A stretch of DNA of 43,844 nt from NCBI GenBank assembly GCA_009602725.1, contig WELB01000014.1:1263828-1307671 (forward strand), given 5' to 3'. This document shows, piece by piece, positions 23,376 to 36,009 of the stretch. This stretch comes from Spirogloea muscicola (lineage: Eukaryota). How positions within the stretch are numbered: position 1 is the stretch's first letter; every line of letters starts with the position of its first letter. The position numbers and the translations under genes were made by a program. The notes below the pieces were generated by a model, which was given only the letters and a program-made list of their open reading frames with translations, was not told where the DNA came from and ran no database searches.

Positions 23376-24534
23376 AACGCATGGAAGTTGATTGGTGGAG
23401 TTGGATGATTCTATCTGGCCTTTCCTCACATCAGAAGTGCACAGAAGGCTTCGTGCATCCTGATCTGCATCTAGCAACTTCAGCAATCTCTTGCACAACA
23501 TAAATCTGAGCTTCTCCAGCAGCCGCAGAGCCACTGGCTGCCAAAATGGCTGCCAAAAGCCTCAGGCTGCTCGTCCGCCACTTCTTGGCAGCCACCGTGA
23601 AGCGACTATGAAGTTCCAAAACTAGCGTTCTTAGCCACATCACCGCACCTCCTTACTCGCTAAGAGTGGTGCACAAAGTCCTCAGCAGTAGGCAAGCAGT
23701 TGAAGGCCGCGCTCCTTTGTTCACTTGCAGGTATTTGAAAGCTCCACAGTGAGGCAAGCAACATGTGGTGCCGCAACCTCTGCTTCCACAAGTCTGGTGC
23801 TGCTGCTATATACTTTGAGGAGGACGCAATGATGGAGTCAACGAACAGGGTCTCTGCCTGGCCAACTCGCTCTCTAGCATCCGCTTCAATGGATGCAAAA
23901 GTGACCCAAAGCTAGCTCAGCTGTAGGCGATTAGACGAGGTCACGAATGCCAATTGCACTGTAAAGGCCTGCCCGCTCACCATGAAAGCATGAAGTGGTT
24001 CACGAAGAACGTTACCATTCTCATCGCTGCAGACTGAATGCAAGTTGTCAGGCAGGCAGGTTTTGGTCAAGTCTATCTTAGTTATAAGGTAGATATACAA
24101 TTTCACAGCCATCTAGTAACACAGTATATCGCTTCAGTCAAAGCAGAAGCTAGGCCGGCTTCCTAGCTGAAGGCCTTTGAGAGCAGCGGTCAATGGCACG
24201 GGCATTGCATCTGCGTACCGGTGGCTGCTTTGGCTGCAGCCTCTGGCTATAGACAGGAAGAAAGACAGGGGACACACCACCCTGGGACAAATTTCACTGA
24301 CCTGCGGCTGCTCAACAGGGGTTATTGAGCCGAGCTTTGGCGGCGGCCTCCGGCTTCCGTCAGGGCGACGTCTTTCCACCAGCTAGCTACTCGGATCTGC
24401 ATCTCCTGTCTAGAGGTTACTGAGCGTTCCCTGGCTGATGTCTTAGTCCTAGTCGTTCGCACTCAAGCTCCCTCAGACCTTGTCCATTCTTTTGGGCTGG
24501 CCTTTCCCAGCCACCTGTCAATATTGAGCACCTA

Positions 24535-25002
24535 CAGTCATACCTTGTTATAGGCACCTCTTGATATAGGCACATTAGGGCAAAACCTCGATAGTGGCAC
24601 CATTTTGCGGGAAGCACTTTTTTCCCCAGGCAAATGTGACTCGATATAGGAACGTGCCTGTATGTACAGGCACAGTTTTTCGGGGCAGATTTCCCCACTA
24701 GGAAGTGCCTATAGGAAAACAAATCAACATATCTCTCATATTCTCTACAGGGATTAGGGTTGAGGTTAGGGTTTAGGGTGTGGGGTTTGGGGTTTAGGTC
24801 TAGGGTTAGGGTCTAGGCTTTTTAACCCTAACCCTAACCCTAAATTCAAAAAGCCATTTTTCAATATAATCTGATATTTTGCTGATTGTCACGGTAGAAG
24901 CACATTTGGGGGCAATAGTGCCTCTACAACGAACAAGCACACCTCGACATGGTCACATATTTTCGCCAATCCGGCGGACTTGCCTATAACAAGGTATGAC
25001 TG
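24535..25002. mobile_element. Tc1/mariner-pogo-type MITE (468 bp)
   Basis: Perfect 22-bp TIRs CAGTCATACCTTGTTATAGGCA (24535-24556 and 24981-25002) flanked by TA on both sides (24533-34, 25003-04). Repeated subterminal ATAGGCAC-like motifs; no transposase. Confidence 0.9.
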
Positions 25003-25414
25003 TAGTAGCCACTTGAATTGCTGTGTGCTCTAGCGCTTTTCTGGCCCCTTCAAAACTCGTTCATCCTCAGGTCTCCGTATTATGTAGCATTGTTTAGTCT
25101 GCACTCGACTCTGCCTGAACAATGTATTGGCTTGAATTGGCCTCCCTTTCAATTCATGCGCCCCGCGCGCCTTCTCTCTTCATCTGGGCTGGCCGATCAC
25201 AGCCATCGCCCTCTACTGCAAGACCCTTCACACTTTTGCTGCGGCAAGGCCCGCGCTTGCAGCGCATTGAGGTGGGCTGCCGCCTGCCGAGCACAAGGCC
25301 GTCTACGTGCGAAGTCGACGGCCTCCAGGGGGACCTGCATTGCCGGCTGCCTTCTTTTCGTCCATGGCTCTGCGGCGGTGATGACAACGTTGAAGGCGTG
25401 AGACTGCGTCGAGC

Positions 25415-27944
25415 ATGGCGGCAGCGGTCGAGGGGCCCGCCGAGGAGCCTGCGGTGGGACCTGCGCCAACTGGGTCTGCGACGCGGAGCGACTCCTGGCT
25501 GCTGCGCAGCCGCTACGTGATAGTGCCGGCGGGGGCGCTGGCGCTCACGCTGGGCCTGGTCCTGGCGGACCTCCGCCGCCTGGCGGTGCTGAATCCCGGC
25601 CGCCTGCTCGCCTTCGACGGCATGGCCGGCCTCGGCGAGGTGGGCTCACGGCGAAACGTGACGTCTGGACCGAAAGCTGGTCGAGCCTTCTTAGCTGGTG
25701 GCACATGGGCTTGTTGAATGCCGTCCATTTTTGGGCATCAGTTAGTGATCTCTATGTGCTGACTCGCGGTTACCGAGCGGGTCAGCTTAGCAGCAGGTGA
25801 TGTTCACCTGTTAATGTGCTTGCCTTTGTACTTCAACACTCAGGCCCACCATCACTCAATACACACTTCATTCGGAAAGTTGAGAGCTGGATAACACTTC
25901 AGCCTGACGCTTAGGTGTGCATTCCCACAATGCTTTGGGACTCCATGCTCAACCCCACTGCCGATGCACGCTGTCTACCTTCTGCAAGTAGGCTGGGGAG
26001 TTCTACGGTGGTGAGAAGTTCCTGGTGTACCAGCGCGCTGACGACTGGTGCAAGGGCATCAAGCACTGGCAGTGGAGCTTCCTGTGCGGCGTCGCTGAGG
26101 CTGCGTATCTGAATCGCACGTGGGTCATGGACTACAGCTTCTGCCTATGGTGGGCCCACAATCCCGGGGCTGGCAGGTGATCGACCAGGACTACACTTCT
26201 AAGGCCAGACACAACCATCTGTACACTGTTCACACTTGCAAGAATTCTCTTTGCAGATATCATTAGGATTTTAGCACGCCATGATGGGCAGCAAGCCTGA
26301 TGATGACAGTCATGTGTGTTCTTGTTTTACAGTGACAATATCATCCTTATGTAACTTGCACAACAGGCCTGACACAGCAATGTCGTCTTTGCCCAATATG
26401 CCGGCCCAGAAACATCGAGAAGGACTTCCGGCTGTACTACAGCTCAGAGCACCTCGCGAAATACGTCAGGCTCGTCGAGTGGCATGCTTTCCACAAGGAG
26501 CTCCAGTCCCGCACCGATGCAGGCAGAGAGGTCACTGTGCTGGATGTTGACGAAAACCATGCTGCCTCAGAGCTCAAGCTGCTCGACGTCCCCATTGTGC
26601 GCAGGACCATAACTGACAAGAGGAACCCCTACTGGTACAGGGTAATTGGCCTTCTGCCATCTGGAGCTTGTCAAATGACAATCGGCCAATGCCATGGCTC
26701 ATGGCTGATGCAACCTGCTGTCCACTTGCTTGTGTAATACAAGGGAGCCAAGAGTTGTGTTAAATAGTACGTTTCAAGGGTTGGGCTGTTCGCCGATCAA
26801 AGCGGTAGGCCACGAGAACGAATGTGGAGTAAGGACGTCATTAGACCTCAACTTCGATGTGCACAAAGTCACTGCTCTGACATCCTCAAGTGCTTCCGCA
26901 TTGCAGGTCTGTGACAGGCCGATCAACAAGGCAGTGCTCATTCGCAACTTCAACATGTTGTGGCAGCAGCCGCATCTGCATGACATGGCGGAGGCGATTA
27001 TTAAGCGGCTGGGGGGCGTTTACGACAGCGTACATATTCGACGTGGTGACAAGGTGTATCAGAAGAACTGGCGGGGCCGATGGCCACACCTGGACCGTGA
27101 CACACGGCCTCCCAAGCTCTACGGTACCTGAGACCACAGTCTTTTGGTAATTCTTTGTTGATGGTAGTCACGATTGTGACACTATGATTGTACGAATGGA
27201 TATAAGGATTGTGAGTGAGGGCGTTGAGATAGTAGTTCAGCTTTGAGGTCTGGAGTGGGTGTTCTAGATACGATTCTGCAATAGGTCAGGCTGTATTTGT
27301 GTGCGAGTTCCCTAGCAAAACACGGGTGCAAGTCTAATTAATGGCAATATTGCAGAAACGCTGCTCAAGCTGGTGACTCCTGGGAGGCCGCTGTATGTGG
27401 CAACAGACGAGACGCCTACATTTTTTGTTGCAATGGACAAGTTGTTCAATGTGTCGTTCCTCAGTTCTTACTCAGACCTTTGGCAGCCAGGCAGCGCCTG
27501 GTACAAGACTGTGGAGACGATACTTGGTGGGCCAAGACCCGCAGACCTGCAGGCATCTACTGTGGCTTGTTTAGCAATTACAGTCATCATGATTTATACT
27601 TGTGAATTTGTCCAATCTTTTGTTTTTGTTGTGCAACAACACAATGTGTCATTGAACACGTTCGAAGCAACTGGCTCCAGAGGGTAAGATGTGAGTGTGT
27701 CGAAGGAGGCAGTCTTTGCGATTGGCCAGGATTGGCCCCTGCTATTGCCCACCACCTCAATATTCAGTCTGAAAAGTGTTCGCACTGCTCCTTCTTTATT
27801 GCAGGGCAGAGGCAGACTCCTGACTTTGATGGTTATATGAGGACATTGGTGGACTACGATGTGTTTGGCGCCGCCTCAAAGAAAATTGAGACTTTCAACA
27901 ACTTGACTGACGACCCTAGGAGTGGCCGCTACCGACGGCGGTGA
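25415..27944 (+). CDS. SUB1/At4g12700-like type II membrane protein (O-fucosyltransferase-like family), 6 exons
   Basis: Exons 25415-25639, 25992-26176, 26410-26641, 26907-27123, 27356-27526, 27805-27944. N-terminal TM helix; CKGIKHWQWSFLCGVAEAAYLNRT, KDFRLYY, YWYRVC, YDSVHIRRGDK, WPHLDRDT, LYVATDE, FDGYMRTLVD, IETFNNLTDD. Confidence 0.85.
25670..25872 (+). mobile_element. Family B retroelement 3' end in SUB1-like intron 1
   Basis: GAAAGCTGGTCGAGCC...GATCTCTATGTGCTGACTCGCGG...GAGCGGGTCAGCTTAGCAGCAGG...CAATACACACTTCA. Confidence 0.8.
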
Positions 27945-28917
27945 GATTGTATGTGTGGTCCTGAGTGTGCGGATGACAAAGCTGGCATTTATGTCCTGCT
28001 GCACCAATGACAGACTTTTCATCAAGCCCTCAATTGTTGTGTATACTACAGTAAAGTGTCCCTTCAAGCAAAGCGGTTCGAGTGAACCACATTGATACTC
28101 TATGCTTACATAGAGCATTCGCCAGGCTGTCCTTGGCCTCATTGGAGATTGATTTGTACGGTATACATACATCATGCATCACTGGCAATCAACAATAGCT
28201 TCTACATTAAACAAAATTACAAAGCAAGTCGTCACGTGCGGCTAGTCTAGACTGATTGATTTGCCATATACGAAAGAGGCATGAGCTTGTCTGATAAATG
28301 ATTACCCGGCAACAAAAGCGTGATCTTGCCCACTTCATGACCACTCTCGTGATATTGAGATCACTTAAGTCACATGCTAGATTCTACTAGTTGTCATGTA
28401 TGTACACCCAGCTTTTCAACGCTAGCATTGGCTCCCACAGACTGGCAGGCATTGTCTTACTGGATTGCCAAGTTACAGACAATCAAAGGTTGCACTGGAC
28501 AGTGCCCTATAAGCACAAGTGACTGCAGCCTGCAGTTGAGTAGGAGCAAAGTGATATATCATCCTTGACAGTGTTATTAATGAATGTATGAGTCTACAAA
28601 GTAGCAGCAGTACCTCCTAAGCTCGCAAGTAAGAATCTCGGAACAAACATTGATGAGGCAAGTCCTCTGTACCTCTAACTTCAGCCTTGGTGCGTGGCTT
28701 GGTCATCAAGATTTGGCAAAGTCAATAGAGGGCGAGCCCGCAGCCGGCTGCAGCATGCAGTCTTTCGGGGCGGGCAAGTGGTGTAGTATGATACTCGGCA
28801 GCGGCGGGCTGCGTCAAGAATCGTGCGAGTGCCAATGGGGCAGCTGCAGGGGGTTGTACAAGGGGAGCCGAGGGCAAAGCAGAGCAAGGTGGCATGGAGA
28901 CGGCGCTTGGGCCATCG

Positions 28918-30037
28918 TCAGCAGTGCACACGGATAGACCGGTCCTCGGCAGTGGGGGCGGCAAAGGAGGGCATGCTGAACAGGCACTGGCCCCCTGCCG
29001 CCGCGGGCTTGCTCGGTGCAGCAGTCGCCCCTTTGACGGCCGGTCGCACAACAATCACGGGGCTGGCGCAGTGATGCGCGCAGAAGTTGCTGGTGCTTCC
29101 AAAGGACGGCAACCTGCGATAGCGGAAGGGCTGCTGCCATCAGCTGTGTGATAGCAGCTGGCCCAACAAAACCCATTGCTTGCGACGGTGGTGACAATAA
29201 GAGACGTGCAAGCCATGGCGAATGCGGACGGAGGAAGACGGGGCTTACAGCTGGGCAGCAGCGTTGAGCCCGCGGCTGCCGAGGATGAGGATGTCGGCGC
29301 AGACGTGCATCACCTCCCGGCAGATCATGTCGCGCTCCTCGCCCACAACAATGCGGCCCTCGCACTTGATCTGCACCCCCATGTGCCGTCAACTCAGATG
29401 GTCGTCCCAGCTCTGGCCACGACGGCGGCGCCGGCAGCAGAGGCTTCCTAGAGGGAGCGGGCAAGCGGGCAGGGCCGCACCTTGGCCTGCCGCACGACGT
29501 TGCAGTACTTGTCGATGAGGTCGCCGGCCGCGACCACCACCTGGGCCTCCATCTCCACCACGCTGCCAGCCGCCGGCGGCGGCCGCGACGGCCGCTGGCA
29601 CGCCGAGTCGGCGACTGCAGCGCATGGACAAGGCGCGTCATGGACAAGGCCCTTGCAGACGGCCACCGCCAGGCGGCAATGGGTTGCCGGAAGCATCGCA
29701 AGAAGGCTTGAGTCCTTGACGGAGTGCCGGAGCCAGGCGCTCACCTCCGAGGCTGCGACGGACGTGGACGAGGTGGACGTGGTCGTGGGCGCGGCAGTAG
29801 TTCCGGAGCGCCCAGTCGAACGCCAGCGCGGCGCCTGCAAGCGACGGCGGCGGCGGCGACGCCCGAGACGTCAGTCTAAATGTACGAACGTGACGGCCGG
29901 AGCGGCGTCCCGACGACGGGCCGTCGAGCCGCGTGAGCCGAGCAGGCGCGAGAGCCGAGTGGCGCCGCACCGTCGCTGCCGTCGATGGCGATGAGCACGC
30001 GCCGCGGCTCCGCGGCCAGCAGCGGTTCCATGGCCAT
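28918..30037 (-). CDS. Universal stress protein A (USP) family protein, 5 exons
   Basis: Exons 30037-29971, 29834-29745, 29614-29481, 29370-29249, 29113-28918. Motifs RRVLIAIDGS, AFDWAL, VHLVHV, GEERDMIC, LILGSRG, FGSTSNFCAHHCASPVIVVR. Confidence 0.92.
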
Positions 30038-30185
30038 GGCGGNCCAGGCCCGAGCGGATAGGGCCCCCACCCCGGCCGGCCGGCCCCTCGGGGGCGCGGC
30101 GCCGCAGGGCCGCCCTCCCTCCTCCACCCCCCTCCCCGCCGGCCCCTCTTTCACCGGCGCCGCCCCTCGCTTTTGCCTCCCCCAC

Positions 30186-30476
30186 CACGTGGCGGCTTTG
30201 CGGGGCCCGCTCCTGCCCCCCAGAAGCGCGAAACGCGTGGCAGCTCGATCGGGCCTCGCTGCCTGGGCGTCACGGACCGTCAGATTTTTTCAATCGTACT
30301 GCTGCAGGCAGGCCGCGTGGGCACCCTTCGAATGCGAGGCACGTGGCAAAGGCGGGCTGCGAAGCTGGCCGCCAGATGGCCCCATCGGACGGTGCTTGGG
30401 TGCTGCCTGGCTGGCCCCCCTGAACACGTGCGGCCGCCCTTTTTATCCACTGCGGATAGCGCCCTCGCCACACGTG
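30186..30476. promoter_or_regulatory. G-box/ABRE-like cluster upstream of the USP gene
   Basis: CACGTG at 30186, 30340, 30425 and 30471 (the first two as CACGTGGC) plus ACGCGTGGC at 30233, 150-440 bp upstream of the ATG. Confidence 0.5.
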
Positions 30477-30734
30477 ACACGGCGGCTGACGCCCCTCCCA
30501 CGCAGTGTACTCGCGGCCAGGCCGCGCTATGGCTGCTGCTTCTCGGTCTCGTCGGGGTGCCTTCTTTTCCTTCTTTGCCTTCTCACGGCTACCGCTGTAA
30601 ATCTGGAAGCGCTGTTACCTTTTCCAGCGTACGAAGTGGTCTTCCCACCTCCATCGCCTGGCACTGCATGTCGATGCCCGCTGACGTAGTCGGGCAGGTA
30701 GCTTAGGGCACTCTAGCGTCCCACAAGCCATCTT

Positions 30735-30990
30735 TGCATGCTATAGAATGCGGCTATCATTGAGTCTACAGCGCTCCCAGGCACCAGCGTGCTGGGCGTG
30801 CATTAGCCCAGGCTGATGGCTCCCATGGTGGTGTGGTGGCTCCTCAGCTTGGCTTGTCAGATACGGATGTGCTCACTCGGGGATATTTAGTGTCCCCCTT
30901 AGCCAGCTCATAACCCCGGTAACAGGACATTTGTAAGGCTAGAATTGGCCTCCCTTTCATTTTCATGCGCACCGCGCGCCTTCTCCAGCT
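30735..30990 (+). mobile_element. Family C retroelement 3' end
   Basis: CYRMRLSLSLQRSQA/HQRAGRALAQADG...LSDTDVLTRGY followed by the family C UTR. A further UTR fragment lies at about 25125-25230. Confidence 0.78.
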
Positions 30991-32135
30991 GCATGTTACT
31001 CCGATTTGCGGCTGCTGGCTTGGGTTACTGCGCTCCCACTCGCTGTAGTCTCTTACCTAGCCGTGATCTTGGCGCCTTTCGACCCTTTTCCTGGGCTGGC
31101 CATTCACAGCTCCCGTCCCCCTTGAAAGAGCTCACTTCTTCCCAGAACAGAGTGATGAAAGAAAGTGGCTCTACTCAAATAACAGCTCTTCCAGTAGAAG
31201 GCAGGGGCTGCAAAAGCCTGCCCAAATAGAATATACAAGGGTCCAAAGTGCGTAAAGACGCCTACGCACACAGCAATGCAAGAGACTACAGCTGATGGCA
31301 GCCCCGACTAAGCAGCAGCAAGTCAGAGAAATTTGCAGCTGGTAAAGACGCACCCCGACGAGACCCAGAATCAGCAGCCAAGGCGCAGCCTGCCCGCTAT
31401 GGCTGCCTCAGAGGTGGCGAAGGGTCGTGAACAGGCAGCCCCGAATGAGTTGACAAGGTCCGAAGGGGCCGAAATGTGCTGAAAGACATACACAAGCACC
31501 GACCATGTAGGATGTTTGTGTTGTGGCTTGAACTGGCCATCCTTTCATGTCATAGCCTTCTCTCCTGTGTGCCTTCTCTCCCATTGTTCCTGGTCTTGCT
31601 TGCACGGTCTCTTCCTCCCCACAGAGGCAGTAGTCCTCCAAAAAGACGAAGCAGCTCATTGGCTGGCTATGAATAGCGATCGGATGGATGGATGATGTCC
31701 TTCATGACTGGCAGCTCTTGCCCGCACTTGGCAGCTGCCACAGCTGCCCTTCAATAGAGCTCACTTCTTTCGCCTTGGTGGGGCTCCCCCTTTCAGTTGG
31801 GGTCAAGTCTCTTGCCTGTTCAGAGCGAGTAAGCCGCTGCACCCTGTCGTGCTAAATCCCGTCGACTACTTATTTGTGTCGATCTGACTAGGACAGCTGA
31901 CTTGGCTTGACACGTGGCCTCCTAGGCTGACTCATTCACTTATGTGTGTGATTCACGCTAAGGATGGAGGACCACTTCTCTCCCTTTCTCTCTTCCTTCC
32001 TCTCTCTCTCTGGCTTCCTAGGCTGGGTCATACATCTTTGGGTGTGATCAAGCTAACGATTCAAATCTTCAAGCTAAACATAAAGGAGAACCAAATCTTT
32101 CTCTCTCTCGGTAACCGCTCATCAAATGCGTATGT

Positions 32136-32275
32136 CGACAACGACGACAACGACGACAACAACGACGATGACGAGGACAACAACAACAACGACAACAACG
32201 ACAACAACAACGACGACAACAACAACAACAACAACAAAATGACAACGACGACGACGACGACGACGACAACAACGG
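32136..32275 (+). repeat. Compound (AAC/GAC)n trinucleotide microsatellite
   Basis: About 140 bp of interleaved AAC and GAC triplets. Confidence 0.95.
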
Positions 32276-32837
32276 CGGAGCAACTACAAGGGCCAATACC
32301 AACGCACGACGCCAACCTGCCGAAGACCGTTCAAAGCGCAACGAGGGAAGCCCATCTACAGGTACCTCAACCACCAACAAGACCGTCAAGGTGGGCGCTA
32401 CCGAAGCGGTGGAAAGGCGATCGTGGAACGGACGGCCGAAGACCACCAATTCGAGGTCAGGTTCGACCTCTGGGTCGGATGACCTTGTCCACTCCTTTGG
32501 GCTGGCCTTTTCCAGCCACCAGTCAATCTGGCCGCGCTTTCTTTCTTGTCGGACGAACGACCCTGATAGACAACCCTTCCGCCTAGCCAACCAGAGTAGC
32601 CAACGGCGCACCTAGCCAATCAGGTAGTGCTAGGGTTTCACCGTTTTCCGGCCCATGTATTTTTTGGAAATATTATTTCATTATTTTTTTATGTCGGAGC
32701 GAGCTAGCCCTGCCAAGCAGTTCACATGGCAGACCTCACCCTCCTGCCGCGCCTGCGCCCACCGCGCCTGCGCCGATCACGCCTGCGTCTATTCGCGCCT
32801 GCGTCCGCGAGAGCGTAGTAGAGCCCGGCGCTCACGG

Positions 32838-33052
32838 CGCGCCCTCGCTGCTGCCTCTGGCTCTGGCCAGGGGACCCACTTCCAGGAGCCCAGCATCTCT
32901 GATCTGCGGCTGCTTAGCAGGGGTTACTGAGTGTCTCGTAGCAGCTTTGTTTCTGTTACTTAGCGCTTCCCCTGGCCCCCTTCTCGTACTCTGTTCATTC
33001 CTTTTCGGGCTGGTTGTTCCAGCCCCTATTCTCAATGGGCGAGCACTTTCAT
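32838..33052 (+). mobile_element. Family A retroelement 3' end
   Basis: Closely similar to 1728-1945. Encodes RALAAASGSGQGTHFQEPSISDLRLLSRGY*, then the 3' UTR ending CCCCTATTCTCAATGGGCGAGCACTTTC. Confidence 0.85.
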
Positions 33053-33764
33053 TCTTAGTGAGCGTTGCGCGAACCCGCTAGCGACTGCGAGAAGTCGTCC
33101 TTTCTCGTGGTGAGCAGCTGTCCTTTGCAAGTCGTACCTTCGGAGTGTTGTGCTCATTGCTTGAGCGCACGCCTTTGCATCGGTTGCATCGGTGTGCATG
33201 TATTGAAGCCATTGCTTGTTAGATCACGAAGACAGAAAAGGTCCGCCTTCCGGCCTTTTAAGAATTTTGGGGAAACAAGATAGGGCCGATCTTTGGACGG
33301 TCTCATTACCAATCTAGATAGTACAATCTTCGGACGGTCTCGTGACTTGGATACTGGTGACGGAAACTCAATATACAGTGGCACGTCACATTTTGTTTGT
33401 CAAGCGAACTCTTGAGCTTGAGTTTATTGCATTGGACTGTTAGTACTTGCTTGAACTTTGCTAAAGGCCACAATTGCGACTATCATCTCTGAGTTGCATT
33501 GTTGCCGGTATTATAAATTAGCTGTTGATTGAGTTGTGATCTATTTCTCAGCTACTATTGCATGAGACTTAGGTCAGGCAGTATCGTCAATCTGGAGCCT
33601 GAAGGTGAAATTGCTTCGACAGACATAGATCTTGCCGCTGAGCCAACTGGTACTGCTGTTGTTGAATCACGTGTGGAATCAGGTAGCTCAAGCGAGATCT
33701 CCACATCAACACGCTTCAGAAATTTTTTTAACAAAGTCTAGGGCCAAGTCAGCCAGCTGTTGGG

Positions 33765-34720
33765 TTAACTGTTCAATCTGATTCTGTAACTTCTGCATTT
33801 TGTCGTCCTCAATACGTCCACTGTTTTAGATGAAGACTTCCCCATCTCCAATGCATTCTTATTACGGAATTGCACAGGCAGCTTATCAGGAGATTTTTTC
33901 CAACATTGAGATTCTACATGTCCTGTTCTGGCGCAGTGAGCACAAGTGGCTCCAGCAGTCTGATGTCGAGCAGCATAATTTTTGGAAGTACGTCCAACCT
34001 TACAACAATCATGCCAAGTAACAGCAGGACGAGGTTTGTAGTGGTCCTGTTGAGTACCTCGTACCTGTGGTATGTCAGAAAATGCTACATATGCCTTTGA
34101 ATTTCCTGTGAAAGGCTTTGTAACCACAGGAACAACAAACTTCTTATAAGTTCTGGTGAAGGGACCTGAAGCTTCTGGAAAGCGATCATCCAAGCTTCTC
34201 AAAGTAAACTTTGCAACCTCCCTCTCCAACATGACTTGATGAACATCCTGAATGTCGTAGTGCTTCTTATGAAGCTGTTGCCTGCGCACAGTCAATAGAT
34301 CGACTACATGCCACAGAGCTTTACCAGCTACGAAGCGTAAGAACTGTCCCGCTGAATCCTGTGGACTGATAGTAGTGACAATTCTCTATCAGCTGCACAC
34401 ATCGGAAATAGCAGACTGTTATGTTCTCATTAGGTTCACGCTGGAACCTTAAAGATCTCGTTTGTGTTGCAAGGTGTCTTCCGGGAACTGCTTAGTGAAC
34501 TGACGAAATACGCTCGGCCACAGGATCTATTAGTTGTGGACCTGCCAGCTTTTCGACGTAACTGGCAGACTCAGGAACTGGTTTCCTTATAGACAACCTC
34601 ATCTTCCATCATCCGTGTATCCGGTGTTGACTGTTCTTGACTTGTCCACGGAGCTGGGATGTCTGGGACTGATAAGGATTGGTACTATTGGCCCCTCATC
34701 AGATGGCTTTTCATGTCAGC
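33765..34720 (-). pseudogene. Decayed LTR-retrotransposon gag-like fragment with CCHC zinc knuckle
   Basis: CAHCARTGHVESQC (CX2CX4HX4C) in ORF 33765-34295. The upstream minus-strand sequence is frameshifted and gag-like (FQREPNENITVCYFR) in an AT-richer block. Confidence 0.6.
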
Positions 34721-35019
34721 CTGGTCAAAATAGCCAACATCCTTGTTTGTTTTGTGTAAAAGTAGAGTAGCAAGTCAGCATGTTCCTTATTTAAGACCTA
34801 TCAACGCCATCTCGCACAGACGCCCTCTCGCATGACAACCCCCTTGTTTGAGAAACTTCCATCCCTGGCTCTTCATGGCTTTACAGCCCTTTCGGAGCTT
34901 GTTCATTCCTCTTGGGCTGGCCTCTCACAGCCATTCCCTTACATGAAAGAGCCACTTTCTTCACATGGGACGCTGTTTCTTTCTACTCGCTCGCTCAGGT
35001 GTGCCGAATACGACCCGCC

Positions 35020-35275
35020 GCCGCTCCAGCTGTCCCAGGCGTTCGCCATGCATTTGCTGGCAAGCCGCGCCTTGGCTGCCGCCTCTGAATTTGGCGCGGC
35101 TGCTCTTGCTCAGCTTCTAGACACACAAATTTGGGCATAGGGGTTACTCAGTACCCACATCTGAGTAACCATTTGCGCAACTGCTTGTATTATTTAGCCC
35201 CTTTGGACCTTGTCCTCTTCTTTTGGGCTGGCAATTGACAGCCACTCACAGCCTCCTTGGATTGAGCGTCTCTCA
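35020..35275 (+). mobile_element. Degenerate RLE retroelement 3' end (further family)
   Basis: LQLSQAFAMHLLASRALAAASE, then GGACCTTGTCC...TTTTGGGCTGGCAATTGACAGCC. Similar degenerate ends at 870-1075, 2290-2720(-), 13640-13760(-) and 38480-38660(-). Confidence 0.65.
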
Positions 35276-35374
35276 ATCTGTTTTCCTGGCTAGCACCGCC
35301 TTCGCAAGTGTGTGGTTATCCTTGTCTATTGTTCAGTCAAATCTTATCCTCAGCTCTACTAGCTAGCTTCGCAC

Positions 35375-35412
35375 ATCCACTGCCTTCTATGACGTCATAG
35401 AAGGCAGTGGAT
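35375..35412. repeat. Perfect 38-bp palindrome with no spacer
   Basis: ATCCACTGCCTTCTATGAC|GTCATAGAAGGCAGTGGAT. Confidence 0.95.
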
Positions 35413-36009
35413 TCATACTCGACTCCTCATCATAAGATTCATATGGAGAGCATGGAGATTCATACTCGACTCCTCCATGCCTTCGGCTGGCCAACCACAG
35501 CCACTCGCCCTCTGCTGCAACTGTTCTCCCTCCTTTGGCTGTCAAGGCTCTCGGCTCCCCACCCTCCCATCTAGGCTTCTGCACGACGCGCAGATGTGCT
35601 TCCGGTTGAGATGGGCTTGTCAGCTGCTCATCTGTCATTCTGGTTGCTCCGTGTGTCCGCCTGTTTGCAGCGTGCTCAGGCTCATGCTGCTCGACCTCTA
35701 GTTGGTGGCAGAAGAAAGAAAGGCTTGAGAATCTCCATCCGGCATCCAGGCATCGATCAGCGACCATCTACGTGCCGACCCGTGGTCACTGAGCGGCTCA
35801 TTTTGCTGTGGGTAATGGAGGGAAATGGCTCTCTCAAGGGGCGCGAGGGCTGTGAACAGCCAGCCCGGAAAGGTCCGAAGGGGCCGAGAAGCCCCTTGAG
35901 AGACAGAAAGACATTACTAGGCAAGGACCATGTAGGATGATCACTTAGAAGCCTCTAGTCAGTAGCCGCAGCCAGAAAGGCTAGCCGCCGGGAAGCAGTC
36001 CCCTTTGTC

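Noticed and set aside
23430..24416. Possible minus-strand spliced gene between AsnRS and the MITE
   Set aside because: There are some splice-like signals and open stretches, but also in-frame stops and no recognisable homology.
32495..32545. Bacterial rho-independent terminators
   Set aside because: The hairpins with T-rich flanks belong to a dispersed eukaryotic retroelement tail.
31942..32611. Long ORFs with poly-N/D/T or poly-L/S/C tracts
   Set aside because: They are artefacts of the AAC/GAC microsatellite.
33340..33395. LTR end and primer-binding site (TACA-GTGGCACG or TGGTGACGG)
   Set aside because: No second LTR is found in the window and tRNA complementarity cannot be verified.
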